A DNA stretch of 64,000 nucleotides from Thermodesulfobacteriota bacterium (GCA_040755455.1 JBFMAY010000001.1:64001-128000); one strand, 5' to 3'; positions 9,788 through 19,961 are shown, numbered from the stretch's first letter. Notes: generated by a model not told the origin, from the sequence alone. Translations and numbers: made by a program.

Positions 9788-11152
9788 ATGAAATTTTCCA
9801 ATGAAGAGATCCTTGAAACCATTGGGATGATTGCCGAGGGGAAGCTGGACATCAGGACCGTGACCCTCGGCATCTCCCTGCTTGACTGCTCAGACCCCAA
9901 TCCCAGGGCCTGTGCCGGCAAGGTCCGCGAAAAAATTCTGGCCAGGGGTGAAAAGCTGAGCGAGAAGGCGGATTTTGTCGCCAACGAATACGGCCTGCCC
10001 ATTGTCAACAAACGCATCAGTCTGACCCCGCTTTCCCTGGTGGTGCCCGTGGCCGACCCCGCCGCCTTCATGGAGGTTGCCCGGGCCGTGGACCGGGCGG
10101 GAGAGGAGATCGGCGTCAACTTCGTGGGCGGCTACACCGCCCTGATCCAGAAGGGCGAAACCGCCATTGACCGGGCGCTGATCGCGGCCATGCCCGAGGT
10201 TCTCGCCGCCACCCAGCGTTTTTGCGCCTCCGTGGTGCTGGCCACCACCAGGGCCGGGATCAACATGGATGGCTGCCGCACCATGGGCCGGGTCATAAAG
10301 GATATCGCCGCCCGCACCGCGGAGCAGGACGGCATCGGTTGTGCCAAGCTGGTGCTTTTTGCCAACCCGGTGGAGGACAACCCCTTCATGGCCGGGGCGT
10401 ACTATGGCACCGGCGAGAGCGAAAGCTCCATCCTGGTCGGGGTAAGCGGCCCCGGCGTCATCCGGCGGGCCATCGAAAATCTCGGCTCCGCCGCCGACCT
10501 TGGCCAGGTGGCCGAGGCGATTAAAAAGAGCGCCTTCAAGATCACCCGGGCCGGGGAGTTGGTCGGCAAGGAGATGGCCAGGCAGCTGGGCGTCTCCTTC
10601 GGCAACCTCGACCTGTCGCTTGCGCCCACGCCGGCCGAGGGCGATTCGGTGGGCCAGGTGCTGGAGGCCATGGGGCTTGCCATGCCTGGGGCGCCCGGCT
10701 CAACCGCCGCCCTGATGATGCTCAACGATGCGGTAAAAAAAGGCGGGCTGTTCGCCTCCTCCTCGGTGGGCGGCCTCTCCGGCGCCTTTATTCCGGTGAG
10801 CGAGGATGCCTCGATGATCGAAGCGGCCAAGGTCGGGGCGATCACCATTGAAAAGCTCGAGGCCATGACCAGCGTCTGCTCGGTGGGGCTCGACATGATA
10901 GCGGTCCCGGGCGCCACCAGCGCCGAGACCCTGGCTGCCGTCATCGCTGATGAGATGGCCATCGGCTGCGCCAACAACAAGACCACGGCGGTGCGGATTA
11001 TCCCCGCCCCGGGCAAGGATATCGGCGATTTCGTCCACTTTGGCGGCCTGCTCGGCGAGGCCCCGATCATGGCGGTCAGCCGGATTTCCGCCGATAATTT
11101 TGTCAGGCGGGGCGGACGCATTCCCGCGCCGCTGCAGTCCCTGAAGAACTAG
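9788..11152 (+). CDS. DUF711/UPF0210 (PFL-family) protein
   Basis: LDIRTVTLGISL, EDNPFMAGA, GGLSGAFIPVSED, VCSVGLDM, GGRIPAP. Confidence 0.93.
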   Translation: MKFSNEEILETIGMIAEGKLDIRTVTLGISLLDCSDPNPRACAGKVREKILARGEKLSEKADFVANEYGLPIVNKRISLTPLSLVVPVADPAAFMEVARAVDRAGEEIGVNFVGGYTALIQKGETAIDRALIAAMPEVLAATQRFCASVVLATTRAGINMDGCRTMGRVIKDIAARTAEQDGIGCAKLVLFANPVEDNPFMAGAYYGTGESESSILVGVSGPGVIRRAIENLGSAADLGQVAEAIKKSAFKITRAGELVGKEMARQLGVSFGNLDLSLAPTPAEGDSVGQVLEAMGLAMPGAPGSTAALMMLNDAVKKGGLFASSSVGGLSGAFIPVSEDASMIEAAKVGAITIEKLEAMTSVCSVGLDMIAVPGATSAETLAAVIADEMAIGCANNKTTAVRIIPAPGKDIGDFVHFGGLLGEAPIMAVSRISADNFVRRGGRIPAPLQSLKN

Positions 11153-11189
11153 CCGACTGCCGGGCATAAGACGGTTCGGCCAGAGGTGT

Positions 11190-12266
11190 TTACGGCAGCG
11201 GTTCCGTGGTGTAGGCGACGTCGGCCTGCTCCGAGGTATAAGGGGGCATGGTCTTGCCGGCCCTGACGTCGGCCACCCAGTCGGGATTAAGCAGCATGGA
11301 CTTGCCGCTCAGGGCGATATCGGCATGCCGCAGGGCCTCCTCGGCGCTGTCCCGGTCATGGATTTTGCCGCAGATCATGATCGGCAGCTCCGTAGCCTCC
11401 CGGGTGAGCTGCGCCATGTTTTTTCCCGTGCCGAAGGCCGTTTCCCGGTAATCATAGGTGGACACCGAAATGGCGTCAACGGGCTCGGCGGCAAGCAAGC
11501 CGATCATTTCCCGCCACTCCTCCGCGCTGGCAAACAGCGAGACATCCATATCGGCAATCCCCCAGTTGGAGATTCTGAAGACCAGGATAACATCATCCGG
11601 CACCTCCTTTTTCACCGCGGCAATGATTTCACGGGCAAAGCGGAAGCGGTTGGCCGTGGAGCCGCCGTAGCCGTCGCTGCGTTTGTTGGAATAGGAGGAA
11701 AGAAACTCATTGATGAGATAGCCATGGGCGCCGTGGATCTCGATGGCCTTGAAGCCAGCGGCCACCGCCCCGCGGGCGGTTTCGGCAAATCCTCTGATGA
11801 CATGCGCGATATCAAAGGGGCTCATCTCGTCCGGCACCGGGTAGGGGGCGCCGGTCAGCGGGTTGTGCTGTTCGGGGGCAATTGTACTGGGGGCAATGAC
11901 CCGGCCCGCCGGATTGACCTCGTTCCAGCTCATGCGGCCGCAGTGGAACATCTGCATGATGGCCAGGGCCCCGGCCTGCTCAATGGCCTGCACCACCGGA
12001 CGCCAGCTGTCGATCTGCCGCTGGGTGAGGAGCCTGGCCTGGCCGGGATAGCCCTGGGCGCTTTCGTAGTCGGTGACAATGGCCTCGGTATAGACGATTG
12101 CCGCCTCGTTTCTGGCCCGGCGGATGAGAAAATCGAAGACGTCCTGCCGGGGAATGCTGTCCTTGACCGACGACATCCTGGTCATGGGCGCGACCCCGAG
12201 CCGGTTTTTTAAGGTGCGGTTCTTCAATGTAAAGGGGGTGAAGATGGTGCTGTTCGCAGAGTTCAT
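11190..12266 (-). CDS. NADH:flavin oxidoreductase (Old Yellow Enzyme family)
   Basis: LKNRLGVAPMTR, EIHGAHGYLINEFLS, NKRSDGYGG; start placed at the ATG after AGGAGG. Confidence 0.92.
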   Translation of the reverse strand: MNSANSTIFTPFTLKNRTLKNRLGVAPMTRMSSVKDSIPRQDVFDFLIRRARNEAAIVYTEAIVTDYESAQGYPGQARLLTQRQIDSWRPVVQAIEQAGALAIMQMFHCGRMSWNEVNPAGRVIAPSTIAPEQHNPLTGAPYPVPDEMSPFDIAHVIRGFAETARGAVAAGFKAIEIHGAHGYLINEFLSSYSNKRSDGYGGSTANRFRFAREIIAAVKKEVPDDVILVFRISNWGIADMDVSLFASAEEWREMIGLLAAEPVDAISVSTYDYRETAFGTGKNMAQLTREATELPIMICGKIHDRDSAEEALRHADIALSGKSMLLNPDWVADVRAGKTMPPYTSEQADVAYTTEPLP

Positions 12267-12286
12267 CGTGTCCTCCTGTTTGAGAG

Positions 12287-12778
12287 TTATAAGCGGTCCG
12301 CCGCTTGCAGCAGCCACTGCTCCACTTCCGCCGGCGGCGGCATGCGGCCGGAGCATTTTATGCGGCCGTTGATGATGAGGGCCGGGGTGGTGATGACGCC
12401 ATGCCGCCAGATCTCGTCGAGATCGTGGATCTGTTCAATATCGGCGGCGATATCAAGGCGCTGCATGATGTCAAAGATCATGGTGTTGAGCTGGTTGCAG
12501 ATCACGCAGCTGGGGCCCAGGATCATGATGGTGAGCTGCTGCGGGCCCTGCGCCTTGCCGCTTATGGTCATGATGTATTCCCGGCGCAGGGCCTGGCGGT
12601 AGAGGTCTGCGGCGGCGGGGGGAATATAGTTTTCCCGGCTGACGGCAGTAAAGAGAAAACCCGTGGCTGTATCCGCGCTCATTTTGCGGCTGACCGCTTG
12701 CTGCATGGCCTGCTCAAGGCCGATCAGCCCCACCGTGGCCTTGCCGATTTTTATTTTTTTTTGTCCGATTTCAGTCAT
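12287..12778 (-). CDS. Thioredoxin-like protein (MTH895-type C-terminal domain) with an N-terminal extension
   Basis: ILGPSCVIC, GVITTPALIING, GRMP. Confidence 0.85.
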   Translation of the reverse strand: MTEIGQKKIKIGKATVGLIGLEQAMQQAVSRKMSADTATGFLFTAVSRENYIPPAAADLYRQALRREYIMTISGKAQGPQQLTIMILGPSCVICNQLNTMIFDIMQRLDIAADIEQIHDLDEIWRHGVITTPALIINGRIKCSGRMPPPAEVEQWLLQAADRL

Positions 12779-12917
12779 GGTGCATTCCGTAAAAAGTCTA
12801 TTTTTTTTACCACAGAGCACGCGGGGATCACGGAGATCATGATGATTGCCGCACTGCTCTCTGTGGCAGATTTTCAGTTGCGGTAAGAGCGGGCCCGCTG
12901 GATAGTTGTCGTCAATA

Positions 12918-15900
12918 TCAGAAAAGCTTCAACTGTCTGGCCTGCGGTTTTTTTCGTTTGCCCCCTTCCGTGTCCATGGTTGTCAGCAGATGGGCCGGGA
13001 TCTCGCCGAGAAAGGGCGAGGGCCTGTTTGTTTTGACGTAGGAGAGGATGAGTTTTTCTTTGGCCCGGGTCATGCCCACATAAAAGAGGCGGCGTTCCTC
13101 CTCCATATCGCAGCCCATGGACCGGCAGGGCAGCAGCCCCTCCTCCACCCCGGTGATGAAGACCACCGGGAATTCAAGTCCCTTTGCTCCATGCAGGGTC
13201 ATGAGCGATACCGCCTCGGCCCGGTCATCATAGATGGTGGCCCTGGCGTTTTCCGCCAGATGCGCGGCAAATGGCGGGAGGCTGCCGAAGGCGCCGGCAA
13301 GCTCGACAAAGCGTCTGGCAGGGGCGGACTGGGGGGCTGCGTCGAGCAGGGCAAAGACAGGGAGAAAGGCAGCGGGCAGATCGGTCTGGGCCTCCTGCTG
13401 AAAATGGCGGAGGCGATCGATGACTGACCGGAGGGCCTGGGCCGCTTTGGCCGGCAGGGGCAAGGCCTGGGCCTCGCTGAAAAAATTCTTGCTGGTGACC
13501 GCGATGCGGTTTTCAAGCAGGGTAACGCTGGCCGGGCCGATGCCCGGCAACTCCCGGCACAGGGCGAGATAATCGGCGACGCTCGCCCGGTCCGCGGCGG
13601 CAAGGGTCCAGAAGTAGAGGCCCCGCAGCTCATGGGCCATGAAAAAGGGACGGGAGCCGATGAGCTGGAAAGGGATGCCCCGCCGGGAGAGGGCCTCGAC
13701 CAGATTATCAGCCTGCCGGCCCAGGCGGTAAAGCACGCCGATGTCGCGGAAACTGCAACCTGCATCGTCACCCCGGGAGCGGCCCGAGTTGATGGAAAAG
13801 CTTGAGATGCCGCCCAGGATTTTTTCGATCTGCTTGACCACGTTTTCCGCTTCGGCCTTGCCGGATGGGGCCGGATAAAGGGTGAGGTCGCCTGCATCCT
13901 TGCCTTGCGCGACAAGGGGGGCCTCGCCCTTCACCCGGTTGTGTTCGATCACCGCTGTCGCCGCCGCAAGAATTGCTGCACCCGAGCGGTAATTGCGGGT
14001 GAGCGCCAGGCATTGGGTCTCCGCGTCGGCGGCAAACTGCAGGAAGAAACGGAGGTCGCTGCCGCGAAAGCCGTAGATCGCCTGGTTGGGATCGCCGATG
14101 GCAAAGATGCTGGCCGAGCGGGCCAAAAGGGTGACCAGCTCATACTGGCTGCGATTGACGTCCTGGAACTCATCGACAAAGAGATGGGCCACCCGGCCGC
14201 GTACCTTGCCGCTGAAGTCCGGGTCGCTTTTCAGCCGGTGCACGAACAGAGGGATGACGGCCTCCAGGTCAACGGCCTTAAGCTGCGTCAGTTCACTGAG
14301 GTAGCGGTTGATCTCATCGCTATCCCGCAGGCTGTCTGTCTCGGTCCCAAGGAAGAAGCCGGTGATGCGGCCGCTTAATCTCTTGTGCTCTGCGGCCGGT
14401 CTGTCCGGGAAGAGTCTTTTCAGCAGCATGGTCCGTTCCTCTTCGCCGACCACGGCCAGTTCCGGCGTTTCCACGCGCAGCCATTCCAGGCAGAAGCGGT
14501 GGAAGGTGCCGACAAAGACCTGCTCCGCCTGCTCGCCGGCCCGGCTCGAGAGCCTCTCCCGCATTTCGTTGGCCGCCCGGTTGGTGAAGGTGATGGCGAA
14601 GATCCGGCCGGCCTCGGCCCTGGGTACCTGCAGCAGATGGACCAGGCGGGAGACCAGGGTATGGGTCTTGCCGGTGCCCGGTCCTGCGGCAACGAGGATA
14701 CGGCCGGCCGTGCTGGCAATGGCCAGCTGCTGCTCCGGGTTATGGTCCGCTGTTTTGGGTGCGGCCGTTGGCCGGTGCTGGTACAGGGAGAGAGGGTCGG
14801 CAGGGGGAACGGTTTTTTCCTCCTTTTTTTTTCGTGCTGCCGGCGGCGGTTCGGCAAAAAGGCCCGCCTGGCCGCGCAGGCGGTTGATTTCGCCCTCGGC
14901 AAAGGCGCGGATGACGCCGAACTGGCCGTCAAAGCCGCCCTGGCGGATCACCTTGTTGGTCCTGATGCGGCCGATGGCCTCGGCCAGCAGCGGTGAGAAA
15001 GGGTTGATTTCTTCCACCGGGGTATGGAGAAAGATGTTGAACTCGGAGCCGAAACGGTTGATTGCCTTCTGGTACAGCTCAAGAACCCCTTTGCTGCCAG
15101 GCCCCTTGCCCATGATTTCGCCGATGACCTCGGGCAGGGGAATCAGGCTTTTGAAGCCCGGGCCGCTGGCCGGATAACAGGGGGTTTGCCGGTCGGCCAG
15201 ATCAAGCACCCGGTGGCTGACGCCGATGGTAAGGGGGGTGCCGCACACCGGGCAGATGCCCCGGAGTTTTTTGGTCTCCTGCGGCGCAAGGCTGACGTTG
15301 CACTTGCGGTGGCCGTCCAGGTGATACTTGCCCTCTTCCGGGAAAAACTCCATGGTGCCGCTAAAGGCTTTGCCCGGCTCTTGCAGGGCCCGCCGCATGG
15401 TGAAGAAATCAAAATCGCAGTCAAAGCGGTTTACTTCCCGGCCCAGTTTGGCCGGGGAATGGCAGTCCGAGTTGGAGATGAGGCTGAAGCGGTCCAGGGC
15501 CGAGACCAGGCGGTTCATGTCCGGGTCGGAGGAGAGGCCGGTTTCCAGGGCAAAGATGTGATGGGTGAGGTCGCCGAAACACTCCTCGATGGTATCAAAA
15601 CCCGACTTGGAACCGAACAGGGAAAACCACGGGGTCCAGATATGGGCCGGCACCAGAAAACCCTCCGGCATCTCTTCCAGCGCGATCTCGAGCAGGTCGC
15701 GGGAGTCAAGGCCCAGAATCGGCCTGCCGTCCGACTCGATATTGCCGATGGCGGCCAGCCGGCGGTTCATTTTCTCAACCGCCGCGAAATCAGGGGCAAA
15801 GAGGATGTTGTGCACCTTGCGCACCCGGTCATGCCGTTTGTAGATGGAGCTGATCTCCGCGGTCAGGATAAAGCGCACATCGATGGCCTCCGGGACTACC

Positions 15901-16130
15901 TGATTAAACGCCGCCGGCACCTTTTCATTGCGTAGCCGGTAGAAACCAGGTTCGGCCGGCATCAGTGTTTCCTTTAACTCCCGGAACCAGCCTGGATGGG
16001 TGAAATCGCCGGTGCCGATAAGGTGGATACCCTTGACCCTGGCCCAGGCGAAAAGTCCGGCCAGGTTGCTGTCCTTGCTGGTGGCCCGGGAAAAATGGGA
16101 GTGGATGTGCAGGTCGGCGAGGAATTTCAT
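12918..16130 (-). CDS. Endonuclease Q (PHP) domain fused to a UvrD/PcrA-type SF1 helicase
   Basis: ADLHIHSHFSRATS, GTGDFTHP, AHIWTPWFS, ETGLSSD, SNSDCHS, CPVCG; then AGPGTGKT, TFTNRAA, DEFQD, GDPNQAIYGFRG, HGAKGLEF, YVGMTRA. Confidence 0.92.
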   Translation of the reverse strand: MKFLADLHIHSHFSRATSKDSNLAGLFAWARVKGIHLIGTGDFTHPGWFRELKETLMPAEPGFYRLRNEKVPAAFNQVVPEAIDVRFILTAEISSIYKRHDRVRKVHNILFAPDFAAVEKMNRRLAAIGNIESDGRPILGLDSRDLLEIALEEMPEGFLVPAHIWTPWFSLFGSKSGFDTIEECFGDLTHHIFALETGLSSDPDMNRLVSALDRFSLISNSDCHSPAKLGREVNRFDCDFDFFTMRRALQEPGKAFSGTMEFFPEEGKYHLDGHRKCNVSLAPQETKKLRGICPVCGTPLTIGVSHRVLDLADRQTPCYPASGPGFKSLIPLPEVIGEIMGKGPGSKGVLELYQKAINRFGSEFNIFLHTPVEEINPFSPLLAEAIGRIRTNKVIRQGGFDGQFGVIRAFAEGEINRLRGQAGLFAEPPPAARKKKEEKTVPPADPLSLYQHRPTAAPKTADHNPEQQLAIASTAGRILVAAGPGTGKTHTLVSRLVHLLQVPRAEAGRIFAITFTNRAANEMRERLSSRAGEQAEQVFVGTFHRFCLEWLRVETPELAVVGEEERTMLLKRLFPDRPAAEHKRLSGRITGFFLGTETDSLRDSDEINRYLSELTQLKAVDLEAVIPLFVHRLKSDPDFSGKVRGRVAHLFVDEFQDVNRSQYELVTLLARSASIFAIGDPNQAIYGFRGSDLRFFLQFAADAETQCLALTRNYRSGAAILAAATAVIEHNRVKGEAPLVAQGKDAGDLTLYPAPSGKAEAENVVKQIEKILGGISSFSINSGRSRGDDAGCSFRDIGVLYRLGRQADNLVEALSRRGIPFQLIGSRPFFMAHELRGLYFWTLAAADRASVADYLALCRELPGIGPASVTLLENRIAVTSKNFFSEAQALPLPAKAAQALRSVIDRLRHFQQEAQTDLPAAFLPVFALLDAAPQSAPARRFVELAGAFGSLPPFAAHLAENARATIYDDRAEAVSLMTLHGAKGLEFPVVFITGVEEGLLPCRSMGCDMEEERRLFYVGMTRAKEKLILSYVKTNRPSPFLGEIPAHLLTTMDTEGGKRKKPQARQLKLF

Positions 16131-16285
16131 GGCATTGTTGTTTTGACATTCATTGAAAGCGGAATTACTGTATTCACCTAACATAATCAAAATTGTCTGC
16201 CACGTAAAAAGGTATTTCACGGGTCACTCCAACTACTTTACCACGTTATGGGTTTCGAACTTAGCATAAATAAAGGGGATGCAAC

Positions 16286-17200
16286 ATGTCTGAACTGATT
16301 GATGTCATTGTGGTGGGGGCGGGGCCGGCCGGTCTGCAGGCTGCCATTCATGCCGCGCGCAAAAAGGCCTCGGTGCTGGTGCTGGGACGCCCGCATAAAA
16401 GCGCCATTTACTGGGCCCATGTGGAAAATTACCTGGGAGTGGCCGGGGTGACCGACGGCAAGGAACTGGTTGAGATCGGCCGCGGCCAGGCCTCCCGTTT
16501 CGGGGCTCAATTCGTCGAGGAGGACGTGCTGGGCATTGAACAGCGTGATGACCGTTTTGAGGTGCGCACGGAAAGCGCGGTCCATCAGGGACGCACCCTT
16601 ATTCTGGCCACCGGCACCGCCAAAAACAAGCTCAAGGTCAAGGGGGAGAAGGAACTATCGGGCAGAGGGGTCAGCTACTGTGTTGACTGTGACGCCAATT
16701 TCTTCCGCAACGCCAAGGTGGCGGTGGTGGGCAATGAAAGCGCGGCGGTGGACGGGGCCTTGACCCTGCTCAAATATGCCGCCGAGGTGCATCTGGTGGC
16801 CCGCGAACTCGCTGTGGCCGGGGAGCTGGCCGCCCGTTTGACCGGCAGCAGTATCAAGATTCATAACACCTGGGTCAAGGAGATTCTTGGCGAAAACGCG
16901 GTGGAAAAACTGCTGCTGGAAGATGATTCCACCCTTGAGGTGGAAGGGGTTTTCATTGAGCTGGGGGCCAAGGGAGCCATGGAGCTTGCCACCAATCTGG
17001 GGGTGCAGCTTGACATGGAAACCTTCTCCTATATCGATACCAATAAACGGCAGGAAACCAATCTGGCCGGGGTCTATGCGGCCGGCGACATTGCCGGTCC
17101 GCCCCTGCAGATGGCCAAGGCGGTAGGCGAAGGGTGCGTGGCGGGCTGGCATGCGGCAAATTTCGCCAACAAGCAGAAAAGACACGAACCTGCTGCTTGA
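16286..17200 (+). CDS. trxB: Thioredoxin reductase-like FAD/NAD(P) disulfide oxidoreductase
   Basis: GAGPAGLQAA, GRGVSYCVDCD, GVYAAGD. Confidence 0.85.
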   Translation: MSELIDVIVVGAGPAGLQAAIHAARKKASVLVLGRPHKSAIYWAHVENYLGVAGVTDGKELVEIGRGQASRFGAQFVEEDVLGIEQRDDRFEVRTESAVHQGRTLILATGTAKNKLKVKGEKELSGRGVSYCVDCDANFFRNAKVAVVGNESAAVDGALTLLKYAAEVHLVARELAVAGELAARLTGSSIKIHNTWVKEILGENAVEKLLLEDDSTLEVEGVFIELGAKGAMELATNLGVQLDMETFSYIDTNKRQETNLAGVYAAGDIAGPPLQMAKAVGEGCVAGWHAANFANKQKRHEPAA

Positions 17201-17676
17201 TGCCACTTCTGCCCGATGACCACTATATGCGGCTGGCCCTGGAGCAGGCCAAGCTGGCGGGCCAGCGGGGTGAGGTGCCGGTGGGGGCGGTGCTGGTTGA
17301 TGCCCTGGGGACGGTGCTGGCCAGTGACGGCAACCGCCCCATTGAAAACCATGATCCCACGGCCCATGCGGAAATGCTGGTGCTGCGCCAGGCAGGCCGC
17401 CGACTGGCCAACTACCGGCTCGCCGGCGCCACCCTGTATGTCACCATTGAACCCTGCGTCATGTGCGCCGGAGCCCTGGTGCATGCCAGGGTCAGCCGGC
17501 TGGTGTACGGCGCCGATGATCCCAAGGCCGGAGGGATGGTGTCGCTTTATCAGGTGGGCCGGGACGGCCGTCTCAACCATAGCCTGGAGGTGGCGGGGGG
17601 GGTTCTCGCCGAGGAATGCGCGGCTGTGCTGCGGGGTTTTTTCCAACGCAAAAGACAAAAAACAGCGGCTCCGTGA
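17200..17676 (+). CDS. tadA: tRNA adenosine(34) deaminase
   Basis: GEVPVGAV, HDPTAHAE, LYVTIEPCVMCAGA; ATG overlaps the upstream TGA. Confidence 0.95.
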   Translation: MPLLPDDHYMRLALEQAKLAGQRGEVPVGAVLVDALGTVLASDGNRPIENHDPTAHAEMLVLRQAGRRLANYRLAGATLYVTIEPCVMCAGALVHARVSRLVYGADDPKAGGMVSLYQVGRDGRLNHSLEVAGGVLAEECAAVLRGFFQRKRQKTAAP

Positions 17677-17846
17677 AGCTGCTGGCCGGAACAAAACAGG
17701 GTGCGGCCCTCCCTGCAGGGGGTAACCTGTTGATTTATCGGCCGCGTTTTTTCGGCTGCAATTTTTTTGCGGGTCCGTTGAATTTTCCGCTTTCAAAATG
17801 TGTGCTTTGTTTGTAAAGTACTTGACTTTGCAAATTCGCTCCGAGC

Positions 17847-17934
17847 GGAGAGGTGACCGAGAGGCCGAAGGTGCACGACTGGAAATCGTGTGTACGGCAA
17901 CGTACCGAGGGTTCGAATCCCTCCTTCTCCGCCA
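17847..17934 (+). tRNA. tRNA-Ser(GGA)
   Basis: Anticodon arm CACGA-CTGGAAA-TCGTG, long variable arm, GTTCGAATCC, CCA end. Confidence 0.96.
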
Positions 17935-18037
17935 GCATTTTTTTCCATATCTCTTGCAAGGTTTGGAAAAAAGTGTAATATGCAAAAATACATATTGTCA
18001 GGGTGACCGACAGCTCTGTTTTCATATTTTAAGAGTT

Positions 18038-18142
18038 TGATAGCCGGGTCCCGCGCAACAGAGGCTCATGAACCCCGTCAGGTCCGGGAGGAAGCAGCGG
18101 TAATGATTCCCCTCTGTGTGCCGTGGGGGTGCCTGGCTATCA
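18038..18142 (+). ncRNA. ffs: Signal recognition particle RNA (small bacterial 4.5S type)
   Basis: Core GTCAGGTCCGGGAGGAAGCAGC with paired ends TGATAGCCGGG/CCTGGCTATCA, followed by a T run; lies upstream of dnaX. Confidence 0.93.
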
Positions 18143-18204
18143 TTTTTTTATCTTCTTTTTTTCGCGCCAATGACTTGTAAAGCCGTCATCTTTTCAGCCT
18201 GCCC

Positions 18205-19959
18205 ATGTCGTATCTTGTTCTAGCCCGGAAATGGCGGCCCCAGACCTTTGCCGATGTCGTCGGCCAGGAGCCTGTTGTCCGCACCCTGCAGAACGCCCTC
18301 ACGCGCAGCCGGGTCGCCCATGCCATGATCTTCTCCGGGGTGCGCGGGGTGGGCAAGACCACCTTGGCCCGCATCATGGCCAAGGCCCTCAACTGCATGG
18401 GCGGGACCGATGACAGGCCGTGCAATGTCTGCGAATCATGCCGGGAAATCACCGCCGGCAGCGCGGTTGATCTGCATGAAATCGACGGCGCCTCAAACCG
18501 CGGCATCCAGGAGATCCGTGATCTCAAGGAGAATATCCGTTTCTTTCCCACCAAATGCCGCTTCAAAGTCATCATCATCGATGAGGTGCACATGCTCACC
18601 ACCGAGGCCTTCAACGCCCTGTTGAAGACCCTGGAGGAGCCGCCGGAACATGTTTATTTCATGTTTGCCACCACCGAACTGCACAAGGTGCCCATTACCA
18701 TCCTTTCCCGCTGTCAGCGTTATGAATTAAAAAGGGTCTCCTTTGTCGATCTTATCGCGTTTTTTGCGAAGATCGCCGCCGCGGAGCAGGTGGAGATCTC
18801 CCGCCGGGCCATTGAGATGATTGCCCGGGAGGCTGACGGCAGCATTCGCGACGGTTTGAGTCTGCTGGACCAGGTTTTTTCATTCGGCGGGGACCGGGTG
18901 GCGGATGAGGATGTGGTGCAGGTGCTCGGCCTAGTCGACCAGGGGATTTTCGCCAGTCTGGCCTCGGCGCTGCTGGCCGGCGATCTGGCCCAGTGTTTTG
19001 ATCTGCTGGAAAAAATCTATGTGGCCGGCATTGATTTGAAGCGCTTTGCCACGGATCTGCTCGCATATCTGCGCGCCCTGCTCATCTGCCGCACCAGTCC
19101 CCGGCCGGAAGCGCTGCTCGATGTCTCCGACCAGGAGCTGGCCGAACTGCGGCAGCTCTCCGCAAACCAGAGCCCCGAGACCCTGTCGCTGCTGTTTCAG
19201 CTGCTGTTCAAGGGGATGAGCGAGATGCAGTATTCGGCCCATCCGCGGCTGGTGCTGGAAATGGCCTTTATCAAGGCAGCACAGGCCGGACAGGTGACCC
19301 CGGCCGCAACGCTTCTTGCCCGTCTTGACGCGATGATCAAGGCAGGCTGCGAGCCGCAGTCGCTGCCAGCCGCCGTCCCCGTTGCCGCTGTGCCGGAAAA
19401 GCCACCGGCGCCGCCATTGCCGGAAAAAAAGCCGGACCCGCCTCCCGCCACAGCGGCTGACCCCGAGCCGGAGCTTGACAGCAAGGTGAAAAAGCTGGAA
19501 GAGCTGGTGGGGAAAATCGCCGACCCCAAAGCCAGGGAGAAGAGGGACGGCGTTGCCAGCCATACTTACATCAAGGATGTGCGCAAAAACTGGGACAGCT
19601 TTGTCGCCTATGTCAAGGAGAGAAAGCCCTGGATGGCCCAGGTGCTGAAGCTCTGCGTAAACCCGCGGGAAGAGGGGGGTGAGCTTCTTGTCAGGTTTGA
19701 TAATCCCTCTGACTGCACCCTGCTGCAGAAACCGGAGAATGTGAAGGATCTCAGCGTCTATGCCCTTGATTTTTTCCAGAAGGAGCTGCGGGTCAAGATC
19801 AGCAGCCGGGGCGGCAAGACCGATGGCCGGGACGAAGCGGTCCAGGACGGCCCCAAGGAGGAAAGGCGCGCCCTGGCCAATGACCCCCTGGTGCAGATGA
19901 CGGTGGAGATCTTCGGCGGACAGGTCGCGGCAATACGCACCGGCCCCCGTTTTCGCTGA
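18205..19959 (+). CDS. dnaX: DNA polymerase III subunit tau/gamma
   Basis: YLVLARKWRPQTF, GVGKTT, EIDGASNRG, IIDEVHML, SRC. Confidence 0.97.
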   Translation: MSYLVLARKWRPQTFADVVGQEPVVRTLQNALTRSRVAHAMIFSGVRGVGKTTLARIMAKALNCMGGTDDRPCNVCESCREITAGSAVDLHEIDGASNRGIQEIRDLKENIRFFPTKCRFKVIIIDEVHMLTTEAFNALLKTLEEPPEHVYFMFATTELHKVPITILSRCQRYELKRVSFVDLIAFFAKIAAAEQVEISRRAIEMIAREADGSIRDGLSLLDQVFSFGGDRVADEDVVQVLGLVDQGIFASLASALLAGDLAQCFDLLEKIYVAGIDLKRFATDLLAYLRALLICRTSPRPEALLDVSDQELAELRQLSANQSPETLSLLFQLLFKGMSEMQYSAHPRLVLEMAFIKAAQAGQVTPAATLLARLDAMIKAGCEPQSLPAAVPVAAVPEKPPAPPLPEKKPDPPPATAADPEPELDSKVKKLEELVGKIADPKAREKRDGVASHTYIKDVRKNWDSFVAYVKERKPWMAQVLKLCVNPREEGGELLVRFDNPSDCTLLQKPENVKDLSVYALDFFQKELRVKISSRGGKTDGRDEAVQDGPKEERRALANDPLVQMTVEIFGGQVAAIRTGPRFR

Positions 19960-19961
19960 TT

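Noticed and set aside
12287..17200. Selenocysteine recoding in the thioredoxin-like or TrxB-like genes
   Set aside because: The active sites are ordinary CxxC (CVIC, CVDC) with no in-frame TGA
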